Below are positions 39,541 to 48,812 of a stretch of 64,000 bases of DNA, piece after piece. Each line of letters starts with the position of its first letter. Positions within the stretch are counted from its first letter, which is position 1. The notes beneath the pieces were generated by a model, which worked only from the letters and a program-made list of their open reading frames with translations, did no database searches and had not been told where the DNA came from. This DNA comes from an uncultured Anaerolineales bacterium (GTDB taxonomy: Bacteria; Planctomycetota; Phycisphaerae; FEN-1346): assembly GCA_964397995.1 (NCBI GenBank), contig CAYNLG010000010.1:156-64155 (forward strand), written 5' to 3'. The translations under genes were made by a program, and so were the position numbers.

Positions 39541-39727
39541 TGGTCTCGTCCCCTCGTGGTGCAGCCGGCCCGTTGTTCCGTTCGGAGAGCCGCGCGGCGT
39601 GCGCCAATCCAAGCGAAAGGGGCCGCGCCCGCCTGATGCAGGCACAGCCCCGGGCGCGTTCTCCCTCGTCCACGAGCACTTTACCTCGGAATCCGCGGAA
39701 GTCAAACGTCTTTGTCCGGGATTCCGG

Positions 39728-40600
39728 TCAGCGCCGCGTGTCCGCGAGTTCGTATCCCCACTCCCAGAGGCCGGGGAGTGCGTCGCGGTATTCCACGCTG
39801 CCGCTATGGAACAGGTAGTTCGACCCGCAGCCCGGATCGTCGGCGAAGGGGGCCGAGGCCAAGCGCGGGTGCCACTCCCATCGCACCGTTCCGCCGAGAC
39901 CCCTCCCGGACCGGAACGGGACGTTGTACTGGCTGCCGACGGTCTGGCCGGCCGCCCCGCAGAAGAAGAGGATTCGCCGCGCCAGGGCGGGAATCTGCCG
40001 CCGCTGCTCCGCGAGGGTGGTGCATTGCGTGATGCCATCGAAGTCCGGCAGGGGCGCCAGGCCCCACGTGCAGCCCGCCTGGCGCCGCAGGCCCGCCGAC
40101 GTTCGAAAGAGCACCGCGTTCAGGGCGTAGCTTTCCGGCGGCGCGTCCTCCAGGGCCGTCCCGGGCGTGGCTCGCTCGTCCAGGAACTGGCGGCCCGTCG
40201 TGCCCGCGTTCGGGTCGGCCGGGCACGTGCAGACGGACAGGTCGCCCAGGTACGGGTACAGGACGATGCTCCAGTGTTCCCCTGGGCTCCCCCAGCCGGG
40301 GGCCGGGCGCAGGGGCTTCATCCGGTAGCCCGTCTCGGCCTCGATCCGCTCATACAGGGCCAGCGGTGGGTCCTGCGAGAACAGGGGCGGCCACGTGCCG
40401 GCGTGGTCCTGCTGGTGGCTGTGATAGGCCAGGCCGATCTGGTGGAGACGGTTGCGGCACTGGGTGCTGACGGCGGCCCCGTAGGCCCCGCCGAGCGCCC
40501 CGATCAGGAGTGCCGCAAGCAAGCCGATGATGGCCACGACGATCAGCGTCTCCGCCAGCGTCCACCCGGGACGTCGGCCGTCGCCCCGGCCGCCCCTCAT
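39728..40600 (-). CDS. prepilin-type N-terminal cleavage protein (DUF1559-like)
   Basis: G|WTLAETLIVVAIIGLL, QCRNRLHQIGLA, CPAD and SYALN. Confidence 0.8.
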   Translation of the reverse strand: MRGGRGDGRRPGWTLAETLIVVAIIGLLAALLIGALGGAYGAAVSTQCRNRLHQIGLAYHSHQQDHAGTWPPLFSQDPPLALYERIEAETGYRMKPLRPAPGWGSPGEHWSIVLYPYLGDLSVCTCPADPNAGTTGRQFLDERATPGTALEDAPPESYALNAVLFRTSAGLRRQAGCTWGLAPLPDFDGITQCTTLAEQRRQIPALARRILFFCGAAGQTVGSQYNVPFRSGRGLGGTVRWEWHPRLASAPFADDPGCGSNYLFHSGSVEYRDALPGLWEWGYELADTRR

Positions 40601-41487
40601 GGCACCAGGAACGCGTCCCGCCGGTCGCGGGGCACGTTGTGGGGGTCGTCAGGCCGGCCCTCGTCGGGCCAGTACAGGTTGTCGCGGACGCCGCCGGCGC
40701 GCACCGGGCCGCAGAAGGGCGTTTCGTGCCACGCGACGCGGCCGGAGAGGTAGAGCACGTTCTGCCCCGCGCCGCCGTGGTTCAGGCTGTTGGCTTCGGG
40801 CTCCTCGTCGGGCGACACCACCGGCTGCCGCGTCCCGTCCACGCGCGTGAACGGGTTGCGGTCGGCCACCACCGGCAGGTCGTCCGGGTGCGTGCCGGTG
40901 TTGGTGCGGGCGTTGACGGCGGGGGTGACGGCCGCCGACGTGGCCGGATGCGCGAACTGGTTCTGGTACGAGTACGAGCACCGGCCCCCTGCGACGCGGC
41001 GGAGGAACCGCTCTTCCTCCTCCGACGGCGCGGCCGTCTCCGGGTCCAGCTCCAGGAAGCCCAGGACCGCGTGGTCGAGCATCGGGTTGCGGGTCGGCCG
41101 GTCCGCCGTCGCCGGGCACACGAACAGCCGCGCGTCCACGTACTGCTCGCGGACCAGAACCCACAGGTTGGCCTGGTTGCCGACCGCCCGGGTGGCGGGC
41201 CAGGCCGTGGTCCCGGGGGCGTCGGCGCGGCTGGGGACGTGGCGGCCGTCGACCGGTACGGCCCCGCCCAGGGGGCTGGCCGCCCCGCAGTCCGGCAGGT
41301 ACCCGTCGTGCTCGTGGGCGTACAGGCGGAGGCCCGTCCCGATCCGCGCCAGGTTCAGCGCGCACGATGACCGCGCGCTGGCGTCGCGGGCCACCGGCAG
41401 GATCGTCACGACGCAGGCCACCATACAGGCCAGGGCGGCGATCGAAACCAGGGCCTCGGTCAGGGATATCCCGTGCCGGGAGGTCAT
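40597..41487 (-). CDS. prepilin-type protein (DUF1559 / H-X9-DG-CTERM-like)
   Basis: G|ISLTE, CALNLARIG..L..Y, FVCPA, SYSYQ and NHGGAGQNVLYLSGRV. Confidence 0.8.
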   Translation of the reverse strand: MTSRHGISLTEALVSIAALACMVACVVTILPVARDASARSSCALNLARIGTGLRLYAHEHDGYLPDCGAASPLGGAVPVDGRHVPSRADAPGTTAWPATRAVGNQANLWVLVREQYVDARLFVCPATADRPTRNPMLDHAVLGFLELDPETAAPSEEEERFLRRVAGGRCSYSYQNQFAHPATSAAVTPAVNARTNTGTHPDDLPVVADRNPFTRVDGTRQPVVSPDEEPEANSLNHGGAGQNVLYLSGRVAWHETPFCGPVRAGGVRDNLYWPDEGRPDDPHNVPRDRRDAFLVP

Positions 41488-41685
41488 GGTCGGGGTCCGT
41501 CGATTCGTTCGACGTGCGGCGACACCCCAATAGCCGCACCATTGTGAGCGCAGGCCGGTGCCGCCTGCAACTGCTTTTTCCGCGCACGTGCGCCGCCGCC
41601 CGGGGTCGCGCACGCGGCGGCCGATTCCGGTTGCCCGCCCGAGCGTGCCGCGGGTACAATGCCCGCACGGATTCGAGGGCAAGCC

Positions 41686-42702
41686 ATGGCGGGACGGGCC
41701 GCGTTCGTCACCGGGGCAACGGGAATGGTCGGCAGCCACCTGGCGCGCCGCCTGCTTGACGAGGGGTGGCACGTCCGGGCGCTGGCACGGCCCGGCAGCG
41801 ACACGGCTTTGCTGCGCGAGTGGGGCGTCGACCTTGTCGAGGGCGACGTCACCGACCCCGCCGGCACCTTCACCGGTCCCATGGAGGACGCCGAAGCCGT
41901 CTTCCACTGTGCCGCCCTCGTCTCGGACTGGGCCTCCTTGGACGAGATGGTCCGCGTCAACGTCGAAGGGACCCGCCACCTTGCCGAGGCGGCCATTGCG
42001 TGCGGCACGATCCGGCGGTTCGTCTTCCTGAGTTCGATGGTCGTCTTTGGCATGGACCCGCAACGGGACCTGGACGAGACGGCGCCCGTCGTCCGCACGC
42101 ACGACCACTACAACGAAACCAAGATCCAGTCGGAACTGCTCGTCCAGAAGCTGGCCCGAGAGCGGAGCCTGCCGGCGGTCATCATCCGCCCTCCCTACAT
42201 CTACGGGCCGCGCGACCGCCAGTTCCTGCCGCGCATCCTTTCCCTGCTCCAGTCCGGCCAGTTCAAGTTCATCGGCAGCGGGGACCAGCCGTTCACCCTG
42301 TGCGCGGTGCGGAACCTTGTCGACCTGATCATGCGAGCCGTCGAGACGCCTGGCGCCGAGGGCGAGGTCTTCCTGGCTACCGACGGCGAGTCCACCACCC
42401 GCCGCCGCTTCATCGAGATCGTCTGCGAGGAGATGGGCTACGAGATGCCCACGCAGCACGTGCCGGTGTGGCTGGCGCGGCTGGTGCGGCCGCTGATCGA
42501 AGGCATCCATGCCCTCAAGCGCGGCGAGGAGCCGCCGCTCATCAACCGCTTCAAGCTCAAGTTCATGGTTACGCCGATGACGTTCCGCATCGACAAGGCC
42601 CGCCGCGTCCTCGGCTACGACCCGCTCATCGACACCGAGGCCGGCCTGCGCGAGGCACTCGCCTGGTTCCGGGAGACGGTGCCGGAGCTTGCCCCCCGGT
42701 AG
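41686..42702 (+). CDS. NAD-dependent epimerase/dehydratase (3-beta-HSD-like)
   Basis: TGATGMVG, YNETK and RPPYIYGPRD. Confidence 0.9.
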   Translation: MAGRAAFVTGATGMVGSHLARRLLDEGWHVRALARPGSDTALLREWGVDLVEGDVTDPAGTFTGPMEDAEAVFHCAALVSDWASLDEMVRVNVEGTRHLAEAAIACGTIRRFVFLSSMVVFGMDPQRDLDETAPVVRTHDHYNETKIQSELLVQKLARERSLPAVIIRPPYIYGPRDRQFLPRILSLLQSGQFKFIGSGDQPFTLCAVRNLVDLIMRAVETPGAEGEVFLATDGESTTRRRFIEIVCEEMGYEMPTQHVPVWLARLVRPLIEGIHALKRGEEPPLINRFKLKFMVTPMTFRIDKARRVLGYDPLIDTEAGLREALAWFRETVPELAPR

Positions 42703-42708
42703 GCGGCG

Positions 42709-43611
42709 TCACGCGTCGCCGGGCGGCTCGGACGCCAGGCGGTTCGCCAGTTCCACCACCGCCTCGACCGGATACGTCTCGCCGCGCGCTTCCGGGTTGA
42801 GGCCGATCGCGCGAAGCCGCGCCGCCCACGGCTCCGGGACGTCTTCGCCGAGGGGCGCCAGGGCCAGGCTCTTCGGGGCGCGCTTCCGCCGGTGCCCGAA
42901 CAGACCTTCCACCACCTGCCGCAACAGCCCCAGGTCCGCGATCCGCCGCCGCCGCGCACGGCTCGGCCACAACCGCACCATCGACGACCAGACCTTCGGC
43001 CGTGGCCAGAAGACGCTGGGAGGCAGACGCCGCAGCGTCTCCACCTCGGCCAGCGCCTGGACCAGCACCGTGACCGGCCCGTAGGCCTTCGTGCCCGGCG
43101 CCGCCGCCAGACGCTCGGCCACCTCCTCCTGGACGGTGAAGACGAAGAGGCGCGGCACGGGGCCGTCGATCAGGAGGTCCACGAGCAAGGGAGTTGCGGC
43201 GGCGTACGGCAGGTTCGCCACCAGCTTCAGCCGGCCGCCGGCCGCCTCCGCCCGCGCCCGCACCGTCTCCAGCACCTCGGGGTCCAGGTGGTGCTTGTCG
43301 CGGAGCACGTCGGCGACCAGCAGGTCCACGTTCTCGTGTCCGGCCAGCCGCATGCGCGCCACGTCCGCCAGGGCCGGGTCCACTTCGACGGTCACCACGT
43401 GGCCCGCCTCGGCCGCCAGCAGCTCCGTCAGGTTGCCTGGCCCGGTCCCGACCTCGAGGACGACGTCGTCCGGGTCGATCTGGGCCTCGCGAACGAGAAT
43501 CTGGAGCAGGTTGCCGTCGACCAGGAAGTGCTGCCCGAGCCGCCGCTGGGGACGCAGGCCGGCCGCCTGAAGGGCGTCGCGCAGCTCGTGAAGCGTGGCG
43601 GGGTGGGGCAC
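42709..43611 (-). CDS. rsmA: 16S rRNA dimethyladenosine transferase
   Basis: LGQHFL, LEVGTGPG, VANLPY and FWPRPKV. Confidence 0.95.
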   Translation of the reverse strand: MPHPATLHELRDALQAAGLRPQRRLGQHFLVDGNLLQILVREAQIDPDDVVLEVGTGPGNLTELLAAEAGHVVTVEVDPALADVARMRLAGHENVDLLVADVLRDKHHLDPEVLETVRARAEAAGGRLKLVANLPYAAATPLLVDLLIDGPVPRLFVFTVQEEVAERLAAAPGTKAYGPVTVLVQALAEVETLRRLPPSVFWPRPKVWSSMVRLWPSRARRRRIADLGLLRQVVEGLFGHRRKRAPKSLALAPLGEDVPEPWAARLRAIGLNPEARGETYPVEAVVELANRLASEPPGDA

Positions 43612-43654
43612 GGCGTGCCTTTCGCCGGAGTCGGATTGGATGGGGCCGGGCGCG

Positions 43655-44656
43655 TCAGGCCCCCGGCCGCCCGTGGCGGACCATCTCGACCGCCAGCCGC
43701 AGGGCCGCCCGCATACTGTGCGGGTCGGCCTGCCCGCGGCCGGCGATGTCGAAGGCCGTCCCGTGGTCGGGGCTCGTCCGCACCACCGGCAGCCCCAGCG
43801 TCACGTTGACCGAGTCCTCGAACGCGACCGTCTTGATCGGGATCAGGCCCTGGTCGTGGTACATCGCGACCATGCAGTCGTAGCGGCCCTGCATCGCCTG
43901 GCGGAACGCCGTATCCGGCGGAAGCGGCCCGAAGGCGGCCATGCCCTCGGCGCCGGCCTGCTCGACCGCCGGGGCGATGATCTCGCGCTCCTCGTGCCCG
44001 AAGCGGCCCGCCTCCCCGGCGTGCGGGTTCAGGCCGCACACGCCGAGGCGCGGCCGCTCCAAGCCGAACCGCTCCTTGAGCGCCCGGTCCGCCAGCCGCA
44101 TCACCCGCAGGATGCCCTCGGTCGTCAAGCTGTGGATCGCCTCAAGCAGCGAGACGTGGATCGTCGCGAGCACCACCCGGAACGGCCCCCCCGCGAAGAG
44201 CATCGCCACCTCACCGGCCTCCAGCTTCTCGGCCAGCAGCTCCGTGTGCCCCGGCCACGGGTGCCCCGCCAGTTTCACGGCTTGCTTGCTGATCGGCGCC
44301 GTGACGATGGCGTCCACCCGGCCGGCCCGTGCGGCGTCGATGGCGGCCCGGATCGACCGGACGGCGGCCCGGCCGCTCGCGGCCGAGGGCCGGCCCACCT
44401 CGATGCCCGCGAGGCTCAGGCCCGGCACCTCCACCAGGCCCAGGCCCCGCGGCGCCGCGTTCGGCGCCATCGGCGCGGCTTCCGGGCAGTCGCCGCCGGC
44501 GAGGGCCGCCCAGGCGGCGCGGGGCCCGACGTACAGGGCCATATCGGCCAGGTCCCGGACGGCGGGCTCGGCCAGCGCCTTCCGCACCACCTCCGGGCCG
44601 ATGCCGGCCGGGTCGCCCAGGGTCAGCGCCACGCGGGGTCGAGCGGCCTCAGCCAT
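43655..44656 (-). CDS. pdxA: 4-hydroxythreonine-4-phosphate dehydrogenase
   Basis: GDPAGIGPE, GHTE, NPHAGE, MYHDQG and RTSPDHGTA. Confidence 0.95.
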   Translation of the reverse strand: MAEAARPRVALTLGDPAGIGPEVVRKALAEPAVRDLADMALYVGPRAAWAALAGGDCPEAAPMAPNAAPRGLGLVEVPGLSLAGIEVGRPSAASGRAAVRSIRAAIDAARAGRVDAIVTAPISKQAVKLAGHPWPGHTELLAEKLEAGEVAMLFAGGPFRVVLATIHVSLLEAIHSLTTEGILRVMRLADRALKERFGLERPRLGVCGLNPHAGEAGRFGHEEREIIAPAVEQAGAEGMAAFGPLPPDTAFRQAMQGRYDCMVAMYHDQGLIPIKTVAFEDSVNVTLGLPVVRTSPDHGTAFDIAGRGQADPHSMRAALRLAVEMVRHGRPGA

Positions 44657-45323
44657 GGTCCGCGTCCTGCATGTACCCGCTCTGCCGCAGGGCTGCCGCC
44701 AGCCGCGCGTCCGCCGAGACCCCGTCGGCGGCACCGAGCGCCCCGAGGGCGCGCCGGACGTACTTGGCGAGCAGGTCGGTCTCCAGGTTCACCCGGTCGC
44801 CGGGGGCCAGGTGGCGCAGGGTCGTCTCGCGGAGGGTCGTCGGCACGAGCGTCACGCGGAACGCCCCGCCGGCGACGTCCACCACCGTCAGGCTGACGCC
44901 GTCGATCGCGACGCTGCCCTTCGGGGCGATCTCCGGCAGGCATGCCGCCGGCGCCCGGACACCGAGCCACCAGCCCCCCCCCCGCTCGCCGCTCTCGATC
45001 ACCTCGCCGGTGCCATCGACGTGGCCGGCGACAAAGTGCCCGTCCAGCCGCCCGTCCAAGCGCAGGCTCCGTTCCACGTTCACGGGCGTCCCGGGCCGCC
45101 ACGCCCCCAGGGTCGTGCGTGCGAGCGACTCGGCCACCGTGTCGAACGCCGCCACGGTGCCGTCGAGGCCGGTCACCGTCTGGCAGCAGCCCGAGAGGGC
45201 GATCGAGTCCCCCGGCCGCACCCCCTCGGCCGCCGGCCCCAGGTCGACGCGCAGGATGAGCGACGGCCCGCGGCGGGTGGCGGCCGTGACGCGGCCGACC
45301 GTCTCGATGAGCCCCGTGAACAT
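44649..45323 (-). CDS. ribE: riboflavin synthase
   Basis: MFTGL start, GHFVAGHVD and IDGVSLT. Confidence 0.96.
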   Translation of the reverse strand: MFTGLIETVGRVTAATRRGPSLILRVDLGPAAEGVRPGDSIALSGCCQTVTGLDGTVAAFDTVAESLARTTLGAWRPGTPVNVERSLRLDGRLDGHFVAGHVDGTGEVIESGERGGGWWLGVRAPAACLPEIAPKGSVAIDGVSLTVVDVAGGAFRVTLVPTTLRETTLRHLAPGDRVNLETDLLAKYVRRALGALGAADGVSADARLAAALRQSGYMQDADHG

Positions 45324-45451
45324 GGGCGCCATCGTAGACCCCCCGCCCGGCAACCGTCAAGCGTCCGCGACCTCGGGCGGCAAGTGGTTGCGTGCCGCCG
45401 CGCCGGGGCTATACTGCCGCCTGCTGCCGCATCGGGGTGAGGCCGACCGCC

Positions 45452-46903
45452 GTGACTGCCGCCGACACGTCTTCGCTTCTCGAGACGGACGACCCGGCGC
45501 CCTTCTTCGGCGTCAGGGAAGTGCTGCGCCTCGCCTGGCCCAGCGTCCTCAACACCGTCAGCCTGACGGTCATGCAGTTCATCGACGGGTTCATGGTCTC
45601 CACCCTCGGGGACAGGGAACTCGGGGCCCAGATGGGCGGGGCGATGACGCACTTCGTCCCCGTCGTCTTCTTCATGGGCATCGTCTCCTGCGTGAACACG
45701 TTCGCCTCGCAGCACCTCGGGGCGGGCCGCCCCAAACGCGCCGCCGCCTACGGATGGCAGGGCATCTGGCTCTCGCTGGCGGCGGGGGCCTTCCTGTTCA
45801 CCGTCGGGTGGCCGCTGGCACCGAAGCTCTTCGCGCTGGCGGGGCACGAGGCCCCCGTCCAGGCGCTGGAGACCCAGTACTTCCGCATCCTGCTCTTCGC
45901 GGGCGGGTTCGTCCTGGCCGCGCGGGCCATCGGCAACTTCTTCATCGGCATCCATCTGCCGACCGTGCCGCTTGCCGCCGGTGTGATTGCCAACGTGGTG
46001 AACGTGGTCGTGAACTACGGCCTCATCTTCGGGAAGTTTGGGCTGCCGGAGCTCGGTTTCCCCGGTGCGGCCATCGGGACGGTGATCGGCTGCACGGTCG
46101 AAGCCCTGATCCTCTTCGGCCTCTTCACCCTCGGGGCCCTCGCCCGGGAGTACGGCGTCTGGAAGGCCTGCCGCCTCGACCTCCCGGCGCTCAAGGACCT
46201 GCTGAAGGTCGGTTCGCCGGCCGGGGCCGCCATGGTCGGAGACGTCCTCATGTGGACGATCTTCACCCTGGGCGTGGTCGCGAGCTTCGGAACCAAGTAC
46301 CTGGCCGCCGGGGCCATCCTCAGCCGGTACATGCACCTGTGCTTCATGCCGGCCATCGGGGTGAGCATCGCCACGACGGCCATCGTCGGCCGCCACTGCG
46401 GGGCGAACCGGACCGACCTCGCCCGACGCCGCACCTATGCCGCCATCGCCGTCGTCGAGCTCTACGTCCTCGCGCTCGGGACGCTGCTCTGGGTCTTCCG
46501 CGACCCGCTCGTCGGCGTCTTCAACAGGCAGGGCGACCCTCATGTCCAGGCCATCACGACCGGCATCTTCTTCTTCATCCCCGCCAGCCAGGCCTTCGAC
46601 GGGGTGGCCATCATCCTCATCGGCGCCCTCCGCGGCGCCGGCGACACCTTTTGGCCGGCGGTCATCCACGGCGTCTGCGGCTGGGGCGTCGGCCTGGGCG
46701 GCGCGGCCCTGGTCCGGTGGCTGGCCCCGGGGCTCGGTGTCGCGGGGCCGTACTGCATGATGGGCCTGTTCATCGCGCTGCTGGCCGTCGGCCTCTTCAT
46801 CCGGTTCCGGTCCGGCGCCTGGCGGAAGATCAGCCTGGCCCAGCCGGGCGAGGCCCCGCTCATACCGGGGGTGCCTGTGCCGCCCCCCGACGAGACGGCC
46901 TGA
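45452..46903 (+). CDS. MATE family efflux transporter
   Basis: LAWP, DGFMV, LIFGKFGLPELGFPGAA and LRGAGD; start uncertain. Confidence 0.9.
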   Translation: MTAADTSSLLETDDPAPFFGVREVLRLAWPSVLNTVSLTVMQFIDGFMVSTLGDRELGAQMGGAMTHFVPVVFFMGIVSCVNTFASQHLGAGRPKRAAAYGWQGIWLSLAAGAFLFTVGWPLAPKLFALAGHEAPVQALETQYFRILLFAGGFVLAARAIGNFFIGIHLPTVPLAAGVIANVVNVVVNYGLIFGKFGLPELGFPGAAIGTVIGCTVEALILFGLFTLGALAREYGVWKACRLDLPALKDLLKVGSPAGAAMVGDVLMWTIFTLGVVASFGTKYLAAGAILSRYMHLCFMPAIGVSIATTAIVGRHCGANRTDLARRRTYAAIAVVELYVLALGTLLWVFRDPLVGVFNRQGDPHVQAITTGIFFFIPASQAFDGVAIILIGALRGAGDTFWPAVIHGVCGWGVGLGGAALVRWLAPGLGVAGPYCMMGLFIALLAVGLFIRFRSGAWRKISLAQPGEAPLIPGVPVPPPDETA

Positions 46904-46950
46904 GCCGGGCCCGCGGCGAGGGCGCCGCGGCGCCGAGAGCGAATAAACAA

Positions 46951-46978
46951 TTGACCCCCCTCGGACCGACAGTATAGT
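46951..46978 (+). promoter_or_regulatory. sigma70 promoter of the cimA-valS leader
   Basis: TTGACC-16-TATAGT with an A-rich UP-like element. Confidence 0.7.
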
Positions 46979-47029
46979 AGGTATGAGACGGATCGCCCGG
47001 CGCCGCCGGGCCCGAAAGGAGTTGTTTGC

Positions 47030-47131
47030 GTGTCACCCCTGGCCACAGCTTGCCGTCGTGGGAAGCGGGCGGGGGCGGCGCGCGCCGGTATCGTCGGGGT
47101 CGCGGTAACGCGCGGAGGACCCCGGGCCTAG
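47030..47131 (+). CDS. attenuator leader peptide MSPLATACRRGKRAGAARAGIVGVAVTRGGPRA
   Basis: AAAGGAG SD, Ile/Val/Thr cluster, overlaps the antiterminator arm. Confidence 0.65.
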   Translation: MSPLATACRRGKRAGAARAGIVGVAVTRGGPRA

Positions 47132-47152
47132 CCGGACATCGGCCGGAACGCC

Positions 47153-47184
47153 ACCCCGGGGTCTTGCGGCTCCGGGGTTTTTTT
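47153..47184 (+). terminator. attenuator terminator
   Basis: ACCCCGGGGTC/GGCTCCGGGGT stem with a T7 run. Confidence 0.85.
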
Positions 47185-47240
47185 GTCGGCCGACCCCGGC
47201 GCCGGGCTCCCTGACGGCCGACGCACCAGAGGCACCCGCC

Positions 47241-48812
47241 ATGATGGACCTGACCGTTTACGATACGACGCTTCGCGACGGCACCCAGGGCGAGGGGGTC
47301 AGCCTCTCGCTTCACGATAAGCTCGAGATCGCCGAGCGCCTCGGCGACCTCGGCGTCCACTACATCGAGGGCGGCTACCCGGTCGCGAACGAGAAGGACG
47401 AGGCCTTCTTCCGCGAACTCGCGGCCGTCAACCTCGGGGCCGCACGCCCCGTCGCCTTCGGCATGACCCGCCGCAAGGGCACCCCCGCCGAGAAGGACGC
47501 CACGCTCCGGGCGCTCCTGGCGGCCGAGACGCCCGCGGTGGCCCTCGTGGGCAAAAGCTGGGCGTTCCAGGTCACGGAAGTGCTGCGCACCGACCGGGAC
47601 GAGAACCTGGCGATGATCGCCGACAGCGTGGCTTATCTGAAGGCCGCCGGCCGCGAGGTCTTCTTTGACGCCGAGCACGTCTTCGACGGGTACGCCGACG
47701 ACCCGGCCTACGCCCTGGCGACGCTGAAGGCTGCCCGCGACGCCGGGGCCGACTGGTTGGTTCTCTGCGACACCAACGGCGGCCGCCTGCCGGAGGAGGT
47801 GGCCGCGGCGGTCGAGGCCATCGCTCGCGAGGTCGGCGGGTCCCTCGGCTTCCACGGCCACAACGACACGGGCCTTGCCGTGGCTGCCTCCCTGGCCGCG
47901 GTGCGGGCCGGCTGCACCCAGGTCCAGGGCACGATCAACGGCCTGGGCGAGCGGTGCGGCAACACGGACCTGTGCGTGCTGCTGCCGACGCTGGAACTCA
48001 AGCTCGGCCGCGCCTGCCTCGGCCGGGAGAACCTGGCCAAGCTGACCGAGGTCTCCCGGTTCGTCTACGAGACCGCCAACATGCTGCTCGTGCCGGGTCA
48101 GCCGTACGTGGGGCCGAGCGCGTTCGCCCACAAGGGCGGCATGCACGTGGCCGCCGTCCGCCGCGACCGACGCACCTACGAGCACATCGAGCCCGAGGCC
48201 GTCGGCAACACCCGGCGCATCCTCGTCAGCGAGCTCTCCGGGCGCGGCACGATCCTGTCGAAGCTTGTCGGCACGGCCTTCGAGGCCGACCGGGCGCTGC
48301 AGGAACGCGTCCTCGGCGAGGTCCAGGCCCGCGAGAACGCCGGCTACCAGTACGAGTCTGCCGAGGCCAGCTTCGTGCTGCTGGTGCGGCGGCTGGCGGG
48401 CCAGGCGCGGCGGCACTTCGACCTGGACCATTACTCGGTCGCCATCAAGAAAGACGACGACCGGCCGCCCGTCACCGAGGCGACCGTCAAGCTGCAGGTC
48501 GAAGGCGAGTGGTACCATACCGTGGCCGAGGGGGACGGCCCGGTCAATGCCCTCGACGGGGCCCTCCGCAAGGCCCTGGTGCCGGTCTACGCGAACCTGG
48601 CGGCGATGAGCCTGACGGATTACAAGGTCCGCGTCATCAACTCCGGTTCCGGCACCGCCGCCGCCGTCCGCGTCATCATCGAATCCACCGACCGCCATCA
48701 CCACTGGGGCACGGTCGGGGTGTCGGAGAACATCATCGACGCCTCGTGGCAGGCCCTGGTGGACAGTATCGAGTACAAGCTTACGAAAGACGAAGAGGCC
48801 GACCATGCCTGA
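47241..48812 (+). CDS. cimA: citramalate synthase
   Basis: DTTLRDGTQGEG, FFDAEH, HGHNDTG, GERCGN, AHKGGMH and a regulatory domain. Confidence 0.92.
   Translation: MMDLTVYDTTLRDGTQGEGVSLSLHDKLEIAERLGDLGVHYIEGGYPVANEKDEAFFRELAAVNLGAARPVAFGMTRRKGTPAEKDATLRALLAAETPAVALVGKSWAFQVTEVLRTDRDENLAMIADSVAYLKAAGREVFFDAEHVFDGYADDPAYALATLKAARDAGADWLVLCDTNGGRLPEEVAAAVEAIAREVGGSLGFHGHNDTGLAVAASLAAVRAGCTQVQGTINGLGERCGNTDLCVLLPTLELKLGRACLGRENLAKLTEVSRFVYETANMLLVPGQPYVGPSAFAHKGGMHVAAVRRDRRTYEHIEPEAVGNTRRILVSELSGRGTILSKLVGTAFEADRALQERVLGEVQARENAGYQYESAEASFVLLVRRLAGQARRHFDLDHYSVAIKKDDDRPPVTEATVKLQVEGEWYHTVAEGDGPVNALDGALRKALVPVYANLAAMSLTDYKVRVINSGSGTAAAVRVIIESTDRHHHWGTVGVSENIIDASWQALVDSIEYKLTKDEEADHA

Noticed and set aside
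32660-41500. Possible genomic island downstream of tRNA-Leu
   Set aside because: No integrase or transposase, no duplicated tRNA 3' end seen, and no obvious GC shift.
44972-44985. C homopolymer in ribE
   Set aside because: The frame is intact (RGGGW), with no evidence of phase variation.
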